This document shows, one piece after another, positions 29,254-39,092 of a DNA stretch of 64,000 nucleotides (its first letter is position 1; the number at the start of each line of letters is the position of its first letter). The notes beneath the pieces are model-generated. The model saw only the letters and a program-made list of their open reading frames with translations, had not been told where the DNA came from and ran no database searches. A program made the translations under genes and the position numbers. This DNA is from Anaerolineae bacterium (GTDB lineage: Bacteria > Chloroflexota > Anaerolineae > B4-G1 > DUEL01). Location of the stretch: the NCBI GenBank assembly GCA_016931695.1, contig JAFGEI010000159.1, positions 18,608 to 82,607 of the forward strand, given 5' to 3'.

Positions 29254-31173
29254 ATGACAACGTACAAAGTTCGTTTTTTGCCGCAAGACGTTACAGTGGA
29301 GGTGCCCGAGGGCACGCTCTTGGGTGAAGCTGCTCGCCTGGCGGGCATTGACGTACAGATGCCTTGCGGGGGACAAGGGCGCTGCGGGCGATGCGCCGTC
29401 ATCGTCAAGGAGGGGAACGTCCACCGCCGCCCTACGCAACGTCTCTCGCCCGACGACGTCGCCATTGGCCTGGCCCTGGCCTGCCAGGCGACGGTCGTGG
29501 AGGACGTCGTCGTCTCGATCCCGCCCCAGGAAAAGATCGAGCGCAAGATCCGGGAGGGCAAGCGGGCGGCCAGGGTCGAGCTGCCCTTTCCCTACGACAG
29601 CCACGACCAGCCGCTGCGCAAGGTCGCGGTTACGTTGGACCTGCCCTCGCTCCACGATCAGACGGACGACTGGTCGCGCCTGCAGCGGGAATTGGCCCGT
29701 CGCTACGCCATGCGCGACGTCGAGGTCTCGCTGACCGTGCTGCGCAAGCTGGGCCGCGTGCTGCGGGATGGCGAGTGGACGGTCACCGTGGTGCTCGAGA
29801 CGGACGCCTGGGACCGTCCCAACGGGCCGCCGCGCATCATCGACGTGCTCCCTGGCGAGCGGTTGGAGAACCTCTGGGCCGCCGCCATCGACATTGGCAC
29901 GACGAGCAATGTTGTCTGGCTGGTCGACCTGCTCGGCGGGAGGGTGATGGCCCAGGCCGTCGACTATAACGGCCAGATCGCCCGTGGCGAGGACGTGATC
30001 TCGCGCATCATCTATGCTTCCAAGGGGGATGGGCTGCAGGATTTGCAGCGCTTGGTGATCGAGACCCTCAACCGGCTTTTGCAGCAGGCCGCCGACGAAC
30101 GCAATATCCCGCCCGAAGAGATCTACAAGGTCGTCGTGGCCGGCAACAGCACCATGCTTCACCTCTTTGCCGCGATTTCCCCCGAACCGATCCGCTTGAT
30201 GCCGTTTATCACCACTGTCAACCAGCTGCCGACCTTTCCCGCGCGCGAGATCGGCCTGCGGGTTTGTCCCGAGGCGACAGTTGACTGCTTGCCGGGTATC
30301 GCCTCCTACGTCGGTGCCGACATTACCGCCGGGGTCATTAGCTCCGGCATGTGCAACATGGCCCAGGAGCTGATTCTCTTTGTCGACATCGGCACCAACG
30401 GCGAGATCGTTCTGGGCGACTGTAGCTGGCTCATCTCTTGTGCCTGCTCGGCCGGCCCGGCTTTCGAGGGCGCCGGCGTGGTGCACGGGATGCGGGCGAC
30501 GGCGGGGGCCATCGAGGAGGTGTGGGTCAATGCCGAGACGTACGAGGCAACCTACCGCGTGATCGGCGGCGAAAAGCCGCGTGGAATCTGTGGCTCGGGG
30601 CTGATTGGGCTGCTGGCGGACATGTTTATCACCGGTGTGATGGACAAGAGCGGCAACATCAACCTGAATCTGCCGACAAAGCGTGTGCGCCAGGGGGAAC
30701 ACGGTCCCGAGTACGTGGTTGCCTGGGCGGACGAGTCGGCGACAGGTGAGGATATCGTGATCACCGGGGTCGACGTCGACAACTTGATGCGGGCCAAGGC
30801 GGCGGTTTACGCCGGCTTTTCCGTGCTGGCGCGCAGCGTGGGTCTGACGATCAACGACGTGGGCCAGGTGCTCATCGGCGGTGCCTTTGGCCAGTACATC
30901 AACGTCGAAAAGGCGATCCAGATTGGCATGCTGCCCGATCGGCCGTACGATCGCTTTCAATTCCTGGGCAATACCTCGGTGCGCGGGGCCTACATGGCGC
31001 TGCTGGCGCGCGAGATGCGCCACCGGGTGACGGAAGTGGGCCAGATGATGACCTACCTGGAGCTGTCGGCCGACAACACCTTTTTCGACGAGTTCAACGC
31101 GGCCATGTTCTTGCCCCACACGGACCTGGACCAGTTCCCCTCGATGAAAGAGTTTTTGGAGGGAGCGGGATGA
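29254..31173 (+). CDS. acsV: reductive activator of corrinoid enzymes (RACo; 2Fe-2S ferredoxin + ASKHA/DUF4445 ATPase)
   Basis: N-terminal plant-type ferredoxin CGGQGRCGRCAV. ASKHA phosphate-1 motif AAIDIGTTS and VDIGTNGEI. 639 aa. Confidence 0.85.
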   Translation: MTTYKVRFLPQDVTVEVPEGTLLGEAARLAGIDVQMPCGGQGRCGRCAVIVKEGNVHRRPTQRLSPDDVAIGLALACQATVVEDVVVSIPPQEKIERKIREGKRAARVELPFPYDSHDQPLRKVAVTLDLPSLHDQTDDWSRLQRELARRYAMRDVEVSLTVLRKLGRVLRDGEWTVTVVLETDAWDRPNGPPRIIDVLPGERLENLWAAAIDIGTTSNVVWLVDLLGGRVMAQAVDYNGQIARGEDVISRIIYASKGDGLQDLQRLVIETLNRLLQQAADERNIPPEEIYKVVVAGNSTMLHLFAAISPEPIRLMPFITTVNQLPTFPAREIGLRVCPEATVDCLPGIASYVGADITAGVISSGMCNMAQELILFVDIGTNGEIVLGDCSWLISCACSAGPAFEGAGVVHGMRATAGAIEEVWVNAETYEATYRVIGGEKPRGICGSGLIGLLADMFITGVMDKSGNINLNLPTKRVRQGEHGPEYVVAWADESATGEDIVITGVDVDNLMRAKAAVYAGFSVLARSVGLTINDVGQVLIGGAFGQYINVEKAIQIGMLPDRPYDRFQFLGNTSVRGAYMALLAREMRHRVTEVGQMMTYLELSADNTFFDEFNAAMFLPHTDLDQFPSMKEFLEGAG

Positions 31174-32087
31174 TTGCCTTGACCAGCCTGCACCTTCTCC
31201 TGACCTACCAGTGCAATTACGAGTGCGATCACTGTTTTGTCTGGGGCAGTCCCTTGCAGGATGGCGTGATGACCATGGCCCAGGTCCGCGACATCTACCG
31301 GCAGGGGCAGGAACTGGGCACGGTTACGTCGATCTATCTCGAGGGCGGCGAGCCGTTTCTCTACTACCCCATTATGGTGTGGGCTGCCCGGGAAGCGGCT
31401 GAGCGCGGTTTCCAGGTCGGCGTGTTGTCCAACAATTACTGGGCGACGACGGTCGAGGACGCGATGGAATGGCTGCGCCCCTTTGCCGGGATTGTGCACG
31501 ACCTTTCCATCTCGACCGATCTCTTTCACTCCGATGCGGTGATGGACGATCACGCCCGTAATGCCCTGGCGGCGGCCGAACAGCTCGGCATTCCCGTGGG
31601 CACGCTGATTTGCGACGTGCCGGAGGGGGTGGCGGGATACCCGGCCCAGGAGAAGGGGGCGCCCGTCGAAAGCGGCGCCATCATGTTCAAGGGGCGCGCG
31701 GCGGTCAAGCTGGTCGATGGCGTGGCGCGCCGGCCCTGGTCGGCGTTCGACGCGTGTCCCTATGAAACACTGGACGACCCGGGGCGGGTGCACGTCGATC
31801 CGCTGGGCTACCTCCATCTTTGCCAGGGGATCAACATGGGTAACTTGTTCGAGCGGCCGCTGGCCGAGCTGGTAGCTGCCTACGACCCCCAGGCGCACCC
31901 GGTCGTCGGCCCACTGTTGCGGGGAGGCCCGGCGGCGCTGGTGGCGGCGTACGACCTCCCACATGGGGACGCATACGTCGACGCATGTCACCTCTGCTAT
32001 ACGGCGCGGCTGGCGTTGCGCGAACGGTTTCCCCAGGTGTTGGGGCCAGACCAGATGTATGGAGATTTCCGGGAGGAGCTGCGTTGA
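31170..32087 (+). CDS. radical SAM protein of unknown function embedded in the acs operon
   Basis: CxxxCxxC motif in LLLTYQCNYECDHCFVW, GGEPF SAM-binding motif, and additional C-terminal cysteines (ACPYE, HLCQG, DACHLCY). ATGA overlap with acsV and TTGA overlap with cooC. Confidence 0.8.
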   Translation: MIALTSLHLLLTYQCNYECDHCFVWGSPLQDGVMTMAQVRDIYRQGQELGTVTSIYLEGGEPFLYYPIMVWAAREAAERGFQVGVLSNNYWATTVEDAMEWLRPFAGIVHDLSISTDLFHSDAVMDDHARNALAAAEQLGIPVGTLICDVPEGVAGYPAQEKGAPVESGAIMFKGRAAVKLVDGVARRPWSAFDACPYETLDDPGRVHVDPLGYLHLCQGINMGNLFERPLAELVAAYDPQAHPVVGPLLRGGPAALVAAYDLPHGDAYVDACHLCYTARLALRERFPQVLGPDQMYGDFREELR

Positions 32088-32860
32088 CGACAATCGCTTT
32101 GGCGGGTAAAGGCGGCACGGGCAAGACGACCATTGCGGCACTCTTGATTCGCTACCTGTTGGAGGAGCGGGACGGGGCCATTTTGGCCATCGACGCCGAT
32201 CCGGCCAGCAATCTCAACATGGTGCTGGGGGTCGAGATTGGCCAAACGGTGGGCGATATCCGTGAAGACATGCTCGACATTGTCCAATCCAGCAGCGCGA
32301 TGGCCGGGTCGATGCCCGGCGGGATGAGCAAGCAAGACTATCTCGACTACCAGGTCCAGATGGCGTTGGTGGAGGGCGACCGGGTCGACATGCTCTCGAT
32401 GGGCCGCCCCGAGGGGCCTGGCTGCTATTGCGCCGCCAACCAGATGCTGCGGGTGATCATCGACCGGCTGGGTAAACAGTACGATTACGTCGTCATCGAT
32501 AACGAGGCCGGAATGGAACACCTGAGCCGCCGCACGACCCGTGACGTCGATACGCTGCTCCTGGTCACCGATCCTACCCAGCGGGGACTGGTCGCCGCCG
32601 AGCAAATGGCCAGGATGGTGCCGGGCCTCGAGATCGGCGTTGCCCGCATGTACCTGGTGATCAATCGGCTGCGGGGAGAGCTACCTGCCCCGTTGGCCAC
32701 GACGGTTGAGCGCACCGGATTGCCCCTGATCAAGACGGTACCGGAGGATTCTTCCCTGGCCGAGTTCGAGTTTGCAGGGCGTCCGCTGTTGGATCTGCCC
32801 CTGGATATCCCTGCCTATCGAGCGGTGCACGAGATCGCTGAACGAATCCTAAATCATTGA
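32084..32860 (+). CDS. cooC: CODH/ACS nickel-insertion accessory ATPase
   Basis: Deviant Walker A ALAGKGGTGKTT and the Ni-binding CxC motif GPGCYCAAN. TTG start after GGGAGGAG; the longer track ORF is an out-of-context extension. Confidence 0.85.
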   Translation: MTTIALAGKGGTGKTTIAALLIRYLLEERDGAILAIDADPASNLNMVLGVEIGQTVGDIREDMLDIVQSSSAMAGSMPGGMSKQDYLDYQVQMALVEGDRVDMLSMGRPEGPGCYCAANQMLRVIIDRLGKQYDYVVIDNEAGMEHLSRRTTRDVDTLLLVTDPTQRGLVAAEQMARMVPGLEIGVARMYLVINRLRGELPAPLATTVERTGLPLIKTVPEDSSLAEFEFAGRPLLDLPLDIPAYRAVHEIAERILNH

Positions 32861-32889
32861 GCATCCATTTCATTTAGGAGGTAATCAGA

Positions 32890-33813
32890 ATGTATATCAT
32901 TGCCGAGAATATCCACATCATATCGCCCAAGATCAAGCAGGCGATTGCCGACCGGGACGCCGGGTTCTTTCAGGATTTGGCGGTTCGCCTGGTGGACGCT
33001 GGAGCCGACGCCGTTGATCTGAATGTTGGCCCCCAGAAAAAACACGGCCACGAGATCTTGCCCTGGCTGGTCGAGGTTGTCGAAGCGGTCGTCGACGTGC
33101 CCCTGGTTTTCGACACGACCAACTTGAAGGCCATCGAGGCGGCCTGCGAGACGGTCTCCAAGGCCCAGCCGATCGTCAATTCGACCGACGCGCGGGCAGA
33201 GCGGCTGGAGACGGTGCCGCCCCTGGCCAAGAAATATGGCACCAAGCTGGTCGCCCTGACGATGGCGGAGGGCATGATCCCCGTCGGCGCTGACGAGCGG
33301 GTGAGCATCGCCCTCGAGAGGTTGATCCCCTACATGCTCGAGATCGATTTCCCGATCGACGACTTGATCATCGATCCGTTGGTGCTGACCGTTTCCGGCT
33401 GCCAGGAGTACTGCCCTGAATGCATCGACGCGGTGCGCACGCTCAAGTTTGCCTGGGACCCGCCCCCATTGACCAACGGCGGCTTGTCCAACGTCTCGAA
33501 CGCCGTCCCGAACGAGATGCGCCCGCTGCTCGACCGCACCTACATGGTCATGTTGATGGGCGCTGCGATCGACATGGTCATCGCCAACCCGCTGGATACC
33601 GAGTTGATGGAATGGATTCGCGTGGTGGAGGAACGGGACGAGAGCAGCGCCCTCAACCGCCTGCTTGTCAAGCTGCACGATCGGGTTGCTGCAATGGAAG
33701 AGCTCCAGCCGGAGGATGTCGACATGTCCGATCCGGAGCAGGAGGCGATCTGGAAGACGGTGCAGGTCTTGCTGAACAAGGTTATTTACACCGATCAGTA
33801 CCTGCGCCTGTAA
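32890..33813 (+). CDS. acsE: methyltetrahydrofolate:corrinoid/iron-sulfur protein methyltransferase (pterin-binding)
   Basis: MYIIAENIHIISPKIKQAI, DLNVGP and a pterin-binding TIM-barrel pattern. Position between cooC and folD. Confidence 0.8.
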   Translation: MYIIAENIHIISPKIKQAIADRDAGFFQDLAVRLVDAGADAVDLNVGPQKKHGHEILPWLVEVVEAVVDVPLVFDTTNLKAIEAACETVSKAQPIVNSTDARAERLETVPPLAKKYGTKLVALTMAEGMIPVGADERVSIALERLIPYMLEIDFPIDDLIIDPLVLTVSGCQEYCPECIDAVRTLKFAWDPPPLTNGGLSNVSNAVPNEMRPLLDRTYMVMLMGAAIDMVIANPLDTELMEWIRVVEERDESSALNRLLVKLHDRVAAMEELQPEDVDMSDPEQEAIWKTVQVLLNKVIYTDQYLRL

Positions 33814-33822
33814 GGAGGGAAA

Positions 33823-34707
33823 ATGACTGCACAGTTGATTGATGGTGACGCGACTTCGAAAACGATTCAACAAGAGATTCAGGATCAAGTGGAGCAATTG
33901 CGTGCCGACCACGGCATCGTGCCGGGCCTGGCGACAGTTTTGGTGGGCGAGGACCCTGCCTCCCAGTTCTATGTCCGCTCCAAGCAAAAGCGCTGTGCCG
34001 AGGTCGGCATTCGCTCCTTTGGTCACAAACTGGACGCGGATGCCACTCAAGAAGAAGTGGAGGGGTTGGTGGCGGAGCTCAACGCCAATCCCGAGGTGCA
34101 TGGCATCCTGGTACAGCTGCCCATGCCCCGCCATATCGACGAGGAAAGCGTGTTGGCCAAGATCAGCCTGGGCAAGGACGTCGACGGCTTTCATCCGGTC
34201 AACATTGGCCGCCTGGCGATGAAGGGGCGCGAGCCGATGTTTGTCCCTTGCACCCCCGCTGGCTGCATCGAGCTGTTGGACCGCTATGGGGTCGAGATTG
34301 GGGGTAAGGAAGCCGTGGTTCTCGGCCGCAGCAACATTGTCGGTTTGCCGGTGGCGATGCTCCTGCTGCACCGCAACGCCACCATTACCATTTGCCACTC
34401 GCGCACCGCGGACCTGCCGGCCACCTGCCGCCGCGCCGACATTCTTATCGCCGCTGTTGGCCGGCCCGAGATGGTCAAGGGAAGCTGGATCAAGCCGGGA
34501 GCGGTGGTCATTGACGTCGGCATTAACCGCGTCGACGATCCTTCTGCCAAGCGCGGCTATCGTCTGGTGGGCGACGTGGCCTTTGAAGAGGCCAGGGAAA
34601 TCGCTGGATACATCACCCCCGTCCCTGGCGGTGTGGGCCCGATGACGATTGCCATGCTGCTGAACAATACGCTCACCTCGGCCAAACGGGCAGCCGGGTT
34701 GATTTAG
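33823..34707 (+). CDS. folD: bifunctional methylene-THF dehydrogenase / methenyl-THF cyclohydrolase
   Basis: [36 protein letters not shown] and [14 protein letters not shown] motifs. Confidence 0.95.
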   Translation: MTAQLIDGDATSKTIQQEIQDQVEQLRADHGIVPGLATVLVGEDPASQFYVRSKQKRCAEVGIRSFGHKLDADATQEEVEGLVAELNANPEVHGILVQLPMPRHIDEESVLAKISLGKDVDGFHPVNIGRLAMKGREPMFVPCTPAGCIELLDRYGVEIGGKEAVVLGRSNIVGLPVAMLLLHRNATITICHSRTADLPATCRRADILIAAVGRPEMVKGSWIKPGAVVIDVGINRVDDPSAKRGYRLVGDVAFEEAREIAGYITPVPGGVGPMTIAMLLNNTLTSAKRAAGLI

Positions 34708-34798
34708 CCGGCTGGCGCTGATCGCAAATCGCCTGTCGCCAACTGCATGCCGCGGGGACAATGGGCGATTTGCGACGCGTGTTGTCCGATACAGGCAG

Positions 34799-35209
34799 AT
34801 GATGATGCGAACGACAATTTCGTCGAACAAGGTGCGCAGCAAATTTGTCCAGGATGTTCAGGACATTAGCGGCCAAGACCTGCTGAGCTGTAATCAGTGT
34901 GGCAAGTGCAGTGCCGGATGCCCGGTGGCGGGGACGATGGACTTGCTCCCCAGCCAGGTCGTCCGCATGGCCCAGCTGGGCATGGAGGAGGTCCTCTCCA
35001 GCCGGACAATTTGGACTTGTGCTTCTTGCCTGACCTGCGTCACTCGTTGTCCAAAAGGCGTTGATCTCCCGCGGATGATGGAGGCGCTGCGAGAAATCTC
35101 GCTGCGCGCGGGCGTGTCCAAGATTGACTTGAACAGCTTGCCGCCGGAGCTGTTGCGAGAGTTGCCACAGCTGGCCATCGTCGGCGGTTTTCGCAAGTAT
35201 ATCAAGTAG
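34799..35209 (+). CDS. hdrC: heterodisulfide reductase subunit C-like (2x[4Fe-4S])
   Basis: CNQCGKCSAGCPV and CASCLTCVTRCPKGV ferredoxin motifs. 136 aa. Followed by an HdrB-like gene. Confidence 0.8.
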   Translation: MMMRTTISSNKVRSKFVQDVQDISGQDLLSCNQCGKCSAGCPVAGTMDLLPSQVVRMAQLGMEEVLSSRTIWTCASCLTCVTRCPKGVDLPRMMEALREISLRAGVSKIDLNSLPPELLRELPQLAIVGGFRKYIK

Positions 35210-35263
35210 GTAGGGCGGCAGTGGCGCGAATGGCGTCGGGCCATTCGTGTTGTGGAGATGTTT

Positions 35264-36121
35264 ATGGGCATACCGTATTATCCTGGATGTACGCTTTCGA
35301 CCAAGGCCGGGGGCTATGACCGCTCTGGCCGGGCGGTCGCTGCCGCTTTGGGGATGGATCTGGTCGAGCTACCCAACTGGCAGTGTTGCGGGGCGACGTT
35401 CCCGCTGGCGACCGATAACAGCCTGGCCTTGATCGCCCCGACGCGGGTGCTTTACGAGGCGGAACAGGCTGGCGAGCAGGTGGCGACGTTGTGCGCCATT
35501 TGCTATCACGTTCTCAAACGGACGCAGACGACCCTGGCCAAAGACACCGAGATGCTGGAGCGCATCAATTGGTTCACCGAGCAGGACTATGAAGGGCGGG
35601 TCGAGGTGGTCCACTTTCTCCAGCTCTTGCGCGACCAGTTGGGCTGGGAGGCGTTGGCTGAGCGGGTGGTTCGTCCTTTGACGGGGTTGCGGGCTGCCCC
35701 TTACTATGGCTGCCTGCTGCTGCGCCCTTACAACGAAATCGGCCTCGACGATCCCGAAGCGCCTTTGATCTTGCACGACCTGCTCCGCGCCTTGGGCGCC
35801 GAGCCGGTCGATTTTCCGTACAACATTGAATGCTGCGGCTCCTACCTGACGGTCAGGGAGCCAGAAATATCAGAGGGCTTGTCGCGCGAGATTGTCGCTT
35901 CCTCGCGCGAGCACGGCGCCCAGGTCTTGGTCACTGCCTGTCCGCTTTGCCAGTTCAACCTGGAGTATCCGCAGCGCGCGACTGGTTTTGGGCGCACCGG
36001 CAACGAAACCCCCATCCTCTACTTTACGCAGCTGATGGCGGTCGCCTTGGGTCTGCCGGAAGAGGACTGGGGGATGGAGGACCACTATGTGGACCCGCGC
36101 CCGTTGTTTGAAACGGCGTGA
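35264..36121 (+). CDS. hdrB: heterodisulfide reductase subunit B-like (two CCG domains)
   Basis: PYYPGCT...NWQCCGATF and APYYGCLLLRP...NIECCGSYL CCG-domain motifs. The start is chosen at ATG 35264 (GGAG 6 nt upstream). Confidence 0.8.
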   Translation: MGIPYYPGCTLSTKAGGYDRSGRAVAAALGMDLVELPNWQCCGATFPLATDNSLALIAPTRVLYEAEQAGEQVATLCAICYHVLKRTQTTLAKDTEMLERINWFTEQDYEGRVEVVHFLQLLRDQLGWEALAERVVRPLTGLRAAPYYGCLLLRPYNEIGLDDPEAPLILHDLLRALGAEPVDFPYNIECCGSYLTVREPEISEGLSREIVASSREHGAQVLVTACPLCQFNLEYPQRATGFGRTGNETPILYFTQLMAVALGLPEEDWGMEDHYVDPRPLFETA

Positions 36122-36153
36122 GCAATTTGCGGCCACTTGTCGAGAGGTAAGCC

Positions 36154-37305
36154 ATGCAGTATAAACTGTTTATCCCCGGCCCCTGCGAGGTCGACGAGGC
36201 CGTCTTGTCGGCGATGGCGCAACAGACCCGCCCGCATTATGGCGCCGAGTGGCTGGAGGTCCATCGGGAGGTATCGAGCCTCCTGCGGCAGATCTTTGAA
36301 ACTGAGAACGACATATTCTTGGTGCCGGGTGCTGGCTCAGCGCTGCTCGACATGGCCTTGGGCAGTATGCTGGCGACAGGGGAGACGGTTATCGTCGGGG
36401 ACAATGGTTTTTTCGGCTCTCGCTTGCAGGCGATGGCCAGGGGCTATGGGTTGCGGGTCGTTTCGTTGCTTGCGGAGCATGGCCATCCGCTCGATCCCGA
36501 CGACTTGCGGCGCTTGTTAGCCCGCGAGCCGGCGGCGCGGGCAGTCGCGGTGATTCACCACGAGACGGCGACGACGGTACTCAACCCCCTCCAGGAGCTG
36601 GCAGCCGTGACCCACGAAGCGGGGCTGCCCATCATTGTCGACGCGATCTCTTCCCTGGGCGGGGTCTCTCTCCCGGTGGATGCGTGGGGGATTGACGTCT
36701 GCGTCTCGGTCGCCAACAAGTGCCTGGAATGTCCGCCGGGAGTGGCCTTTATCTCGGTGGGGCCCCGTGCATGGGAGTGGGTGGACGGCCACGAGAACCA
36801 GCATCACGGCTGGTATCTGGACCTGCGGACTTGGCGCCAGTACGCGACCGAGTGGGCCGACTGGCACCCGTCCCCGGTCACGATGCCGACCAACAACATC
36901 TTGGGGCTGCGCGTCAGCCTGCGCAACATCGTCGGCAAGGGGCTGGAGAATCACTTTGCCCACTTTCGGCAGGCGGCTCACGCGGTGCGGCAGGGGCTGG
37001 GGGCGATGGGTTTTGCGCAGATGGTCGCCGAGCCGTACGCTTCCCCCATCGCCACGGCGTTCAAGGCCCGGCCCGAGTTTGCGGTCAAGGAGCTGATCGA
37101 CTACCTGGCTCAATCGCAGGGGATACTGGTTTCCGGCGGGCTGGGCCCGCTGGCGGGCAGGGTCTTTCGCGTCGGGCACATGGGCAAGGCGGCGACGCCG
37201 CCCTACATCAAAGAGTTCTTGTCCGCTGTCGCCTTGTTTATGCGCCAACGCGGCTTCGAGTTCTCGGAGGCGGATGTCTACTCCGGCCTGGTGGAGAAGG
37301 TATGA
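36154..37305 (+). CDS. class V pyridoxal-phosphate aminotransferase (serine-pyruvate/alanine-glyoxylate type)
   Basis: LFIPGPCEV N-terminus, DAISSLGG, and a 'SVANKCL' PLP-Lys region. 383 aa. The stop overlaps the hdrA ATG (ATGA). Confidence 0.75.
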   Translation: MQYKLFIPGPCEVDEAVLSAMAQQTRPHYGAEWLEVHREVSSLLRQIFETENDIFLVPGAGSALLDMALGSMLATGETVIVGDNGFFGSRLQAMARGYGLRVVSLLAEHGHPLDPDDLRRLLAREPAARAVAVIHHETATTVLNPLQELAAVTHEAGLPIIVDAISSLGGVSLPVDAWGIDVCVSVANKCLECPPGVAFISVGPRAWEWVDGHENQHHGWYLDLRTWRQYATEWADWHPSPVTMPTNNILGLRVSLRNIVGKGLENHFAHFRQAAHAVRQGLGAMGFAQMVAEPYASPIATAFKARPEFAVKELIDYLAQSQGILVSGGLGPLAGRVFRVGHMGKAATPPYIKEFLSAVALFMRQRGFEFSEADVYSGLVEKV

Positions 37306-39026
37306 GCAGGATTGGCGTATTTGTCTGCCATTGTGGCATCAATATCGCGGCGACGGTTGACGTCGAGCGGGTTGCCAGGGAGTTGGGGCAGGATGCCAAT
37401 GTCGTCTTTGCCACCGACTACAAGTACATGTGCTCCGATCCGGGCCAGCAGTTGATCAAAGACGCCATTGCCGAGCACGACCTGGACGGCGTCGTCGTCG
37501 CCGCCTGCTCGCCGTCGATGCACGAACGCACTTTTCGCCAGGCAGCCGGCGATGCCGGAGTCAATCCTTACCGCTGCGAAATGGCCAATATCCGCGAGCA
37601 GTGTTCCTGGGTCCACCAGCGGGAGCCTGAGCAGGCTACCGAGAAGGCGTCCGAAATCGTGCGCACGCTGGTCGCAAAAGTGCAGCAGGACGAAGAACTG
37701 GCCCCTTCCTACTTCCCCTTGACCCGCCGCGCGCTCGTGATCGGCGGGGGAATTTCTGGCCTGGAGGCGGCCCTGGGCATTGCGCGTTCGGGCTATCCGG
37801 TTGTCCTGGTGGAGCGCCAGGATCACCTGGGCGGCAAGATGGCCCGCCTGTCAGGAACCTATCTCAACTTTGAGGCGGCGCCGGGGCTGCTGCAGCGGCG
37901 CGTCGAGCAGGTCCTGAGCCACCCCCATATCGAGGTCATGTTGCAGGCGCAGGTTACTGGCCTCGATGGGTATGTAGGCAATTTCCAGGCCTGGGTTGCA
38001 GACGTTTCAGCGCGGGAGGCCGGCGAGCCGCCCGCGGAACCGAGGCGCATCGACGTCGGCGCCATTGTCGTCGCCACGGGATGGGACCCGTATCCCCTCA
38101 ATCGCCTGCCCGAGTATGGCGGCGGCAAGATTCTGGACGTGGTCGACGGCCTGACTTTTGAGCAGATGCTGCAGCCGGGCGCCGAGATTCGCCGTCCCTC
38201 CGATGGGCGGGTGCCGCAGGAAGTGGTTTTCGTCCAATGTGCAGGCTCCCGTGACCCTGAACGCGGTGTCTCGTACTGCTCCAAGGTCTGTTGTATGTAC
38301 GTTGCCAAGCAGGCGATGTTGTTCAAGCAGCGCGTGCCAGAGGGGCAGGCGTATGTCTTTTACATCGACATTCGCTCGGCCGGAAAGGGGTACGACGAGT
38401 TTGTCCAGCAGGCGATGGAAGCGTATGATGTGCTGTACCTGCGGGGCAAGGTGAGCAAGATCTTTGCCCGCGGCGACCGGGTGGTGGTCTGGGGTGCCGA
38501 TACGCTGGTTGGCCGGCCGGTAGAAGTGGAGGCGGACCTGGTCGTGCTGGCGACGCCAATGCTGCCCGGGTCAGGTGCCTTGACCCTGGCGCAGACCCTG
38601 CACATCAGCGCGGATGGCTATGGGTTTTACAACGAAGCGCATCCCAAGCTGCGTCCGGTCGAAAGCCTGACTGCCGGCGTCTATCTGGCCGGCGCCGGGC
38701 AGGGGCCCAAGGATATTCCGGAGGCAGTGTCGCAGGCGGGTGGGGCGGTGGCCAAGGTGCTCCAGCTTTTTGCTCAGGAGACGATGGTGCAGGACCCGAC
38801 AGTCGCTTACGTGGTGGAGGATATCTGTTCCTTTTGCGGTGTCTGTGTGCCTGCCTGCCCGTACGAGGCGCGGGAGCTCGATCCCCTGCGCAGGGTGGCT
38901 ACGGTGAACGCCGCGCTCTGTCAGACCTGCGGAGCGTGTGTCGTTGCCTGCCCCAACAAGGCCAGCCGCATCCATAATTGGGAACCGGGCCAGGTGCTGG
39001 CCATGGCGGATTTGTTGGTCAAGTGA
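37302..39026 (+). CDS. hdrA: heterodisulfide reductase subunit A (canonical single-module HdrA)
   Basis: N-terminal domain RIGVFVCHCGINIAATVD, FAD fold ALVIGGGISGLEAAL, VFVQCAGSRD...YCSKVCCMY, and C-terminal CSFCGVCVPACPY / CQTCGACVVACPN. The 768-aa track ORF includes a non-coding-frame extension across the aminotransferase gene. Confidence 0.9.
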   Translation: MSRIGVFVCHCGINIAATVDVERVARELGQDANVVFATDYKYMCSDPGQQLIKDAIAEHDLDGVVVAACSPSMHERTFRQAAGDAGVNPYRCEMANIREQCSWVHQREPEQATEKASEIVRTLVAKVQQDEELAPSYFPLTRRALVIGGGISGLEAALGIARSGYPVVLVERQDHLGGKMARLSGTYLNFEAAPGLLQRRVEQVLSHPHIEVMLQAQVTGLDGYVGNFQAWVADVSAREAGEPPAEPRRIDVGAIVVATGWDPYPLNRLPEYGGGKILDVVDGLTFEQMLQPGAEIRRPSDGRVPQEVVFVQCAGSRDPERGVSYCSKVCCMYVAKQAMLFKQRVPEGQAYVFYIDIRSAGKGYDEFVQQAMEAYDVLYLRGKVSKIFARGDRVVVWGADTLVGRPVEVEADLVVLATPMLPGSGALTLAQTLHISADGYGFYNEAHPKLRPVESLTAGVYLAGAGQGPKDIPEAVSQAGGAVAKVLQLFAQETMVQDPTVAYVVEDICSFCGVCVPACPYEARELDPLRRVATVNAALCQTCGACVVACPNKASRIHNWEPGQVLAMADLLVK

Positions 39027-39051
39027 CCCGGCCTGCTTGCCTGGCCGGGTC
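39025..39051 (+). terminator. stem-loop immediately after the hdrA stop
   Basis: GACCCGGCC - 9-nt loop - GGCCGGGTC. Only a weak U-tract follows (GTTATG). Confidence 0.3.
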
Positions 39052-39092
39052 GTTATGCACGCTCGTCGGCAACTATTGAGAGGGAGGTTTCA

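Noticed and set aside
36720-37301. N-terminal extensions of several track ORFs suggesting fusions. Examples: 768-aa aminotransferase-HdrA at 36720, 638 aa at 46419, 431 aa at 45331, 461 aa at 62553, 557 aa at 50608, 291 aa at 31985, 301 aa at 15559..16464, 241 aa at 16734..17459.
   Set aside because: The extensions overlap the preceding gene in another frame and are Arg/Pro-rich. They also precede an internal start with a good SD and a family-typical N-terminus.
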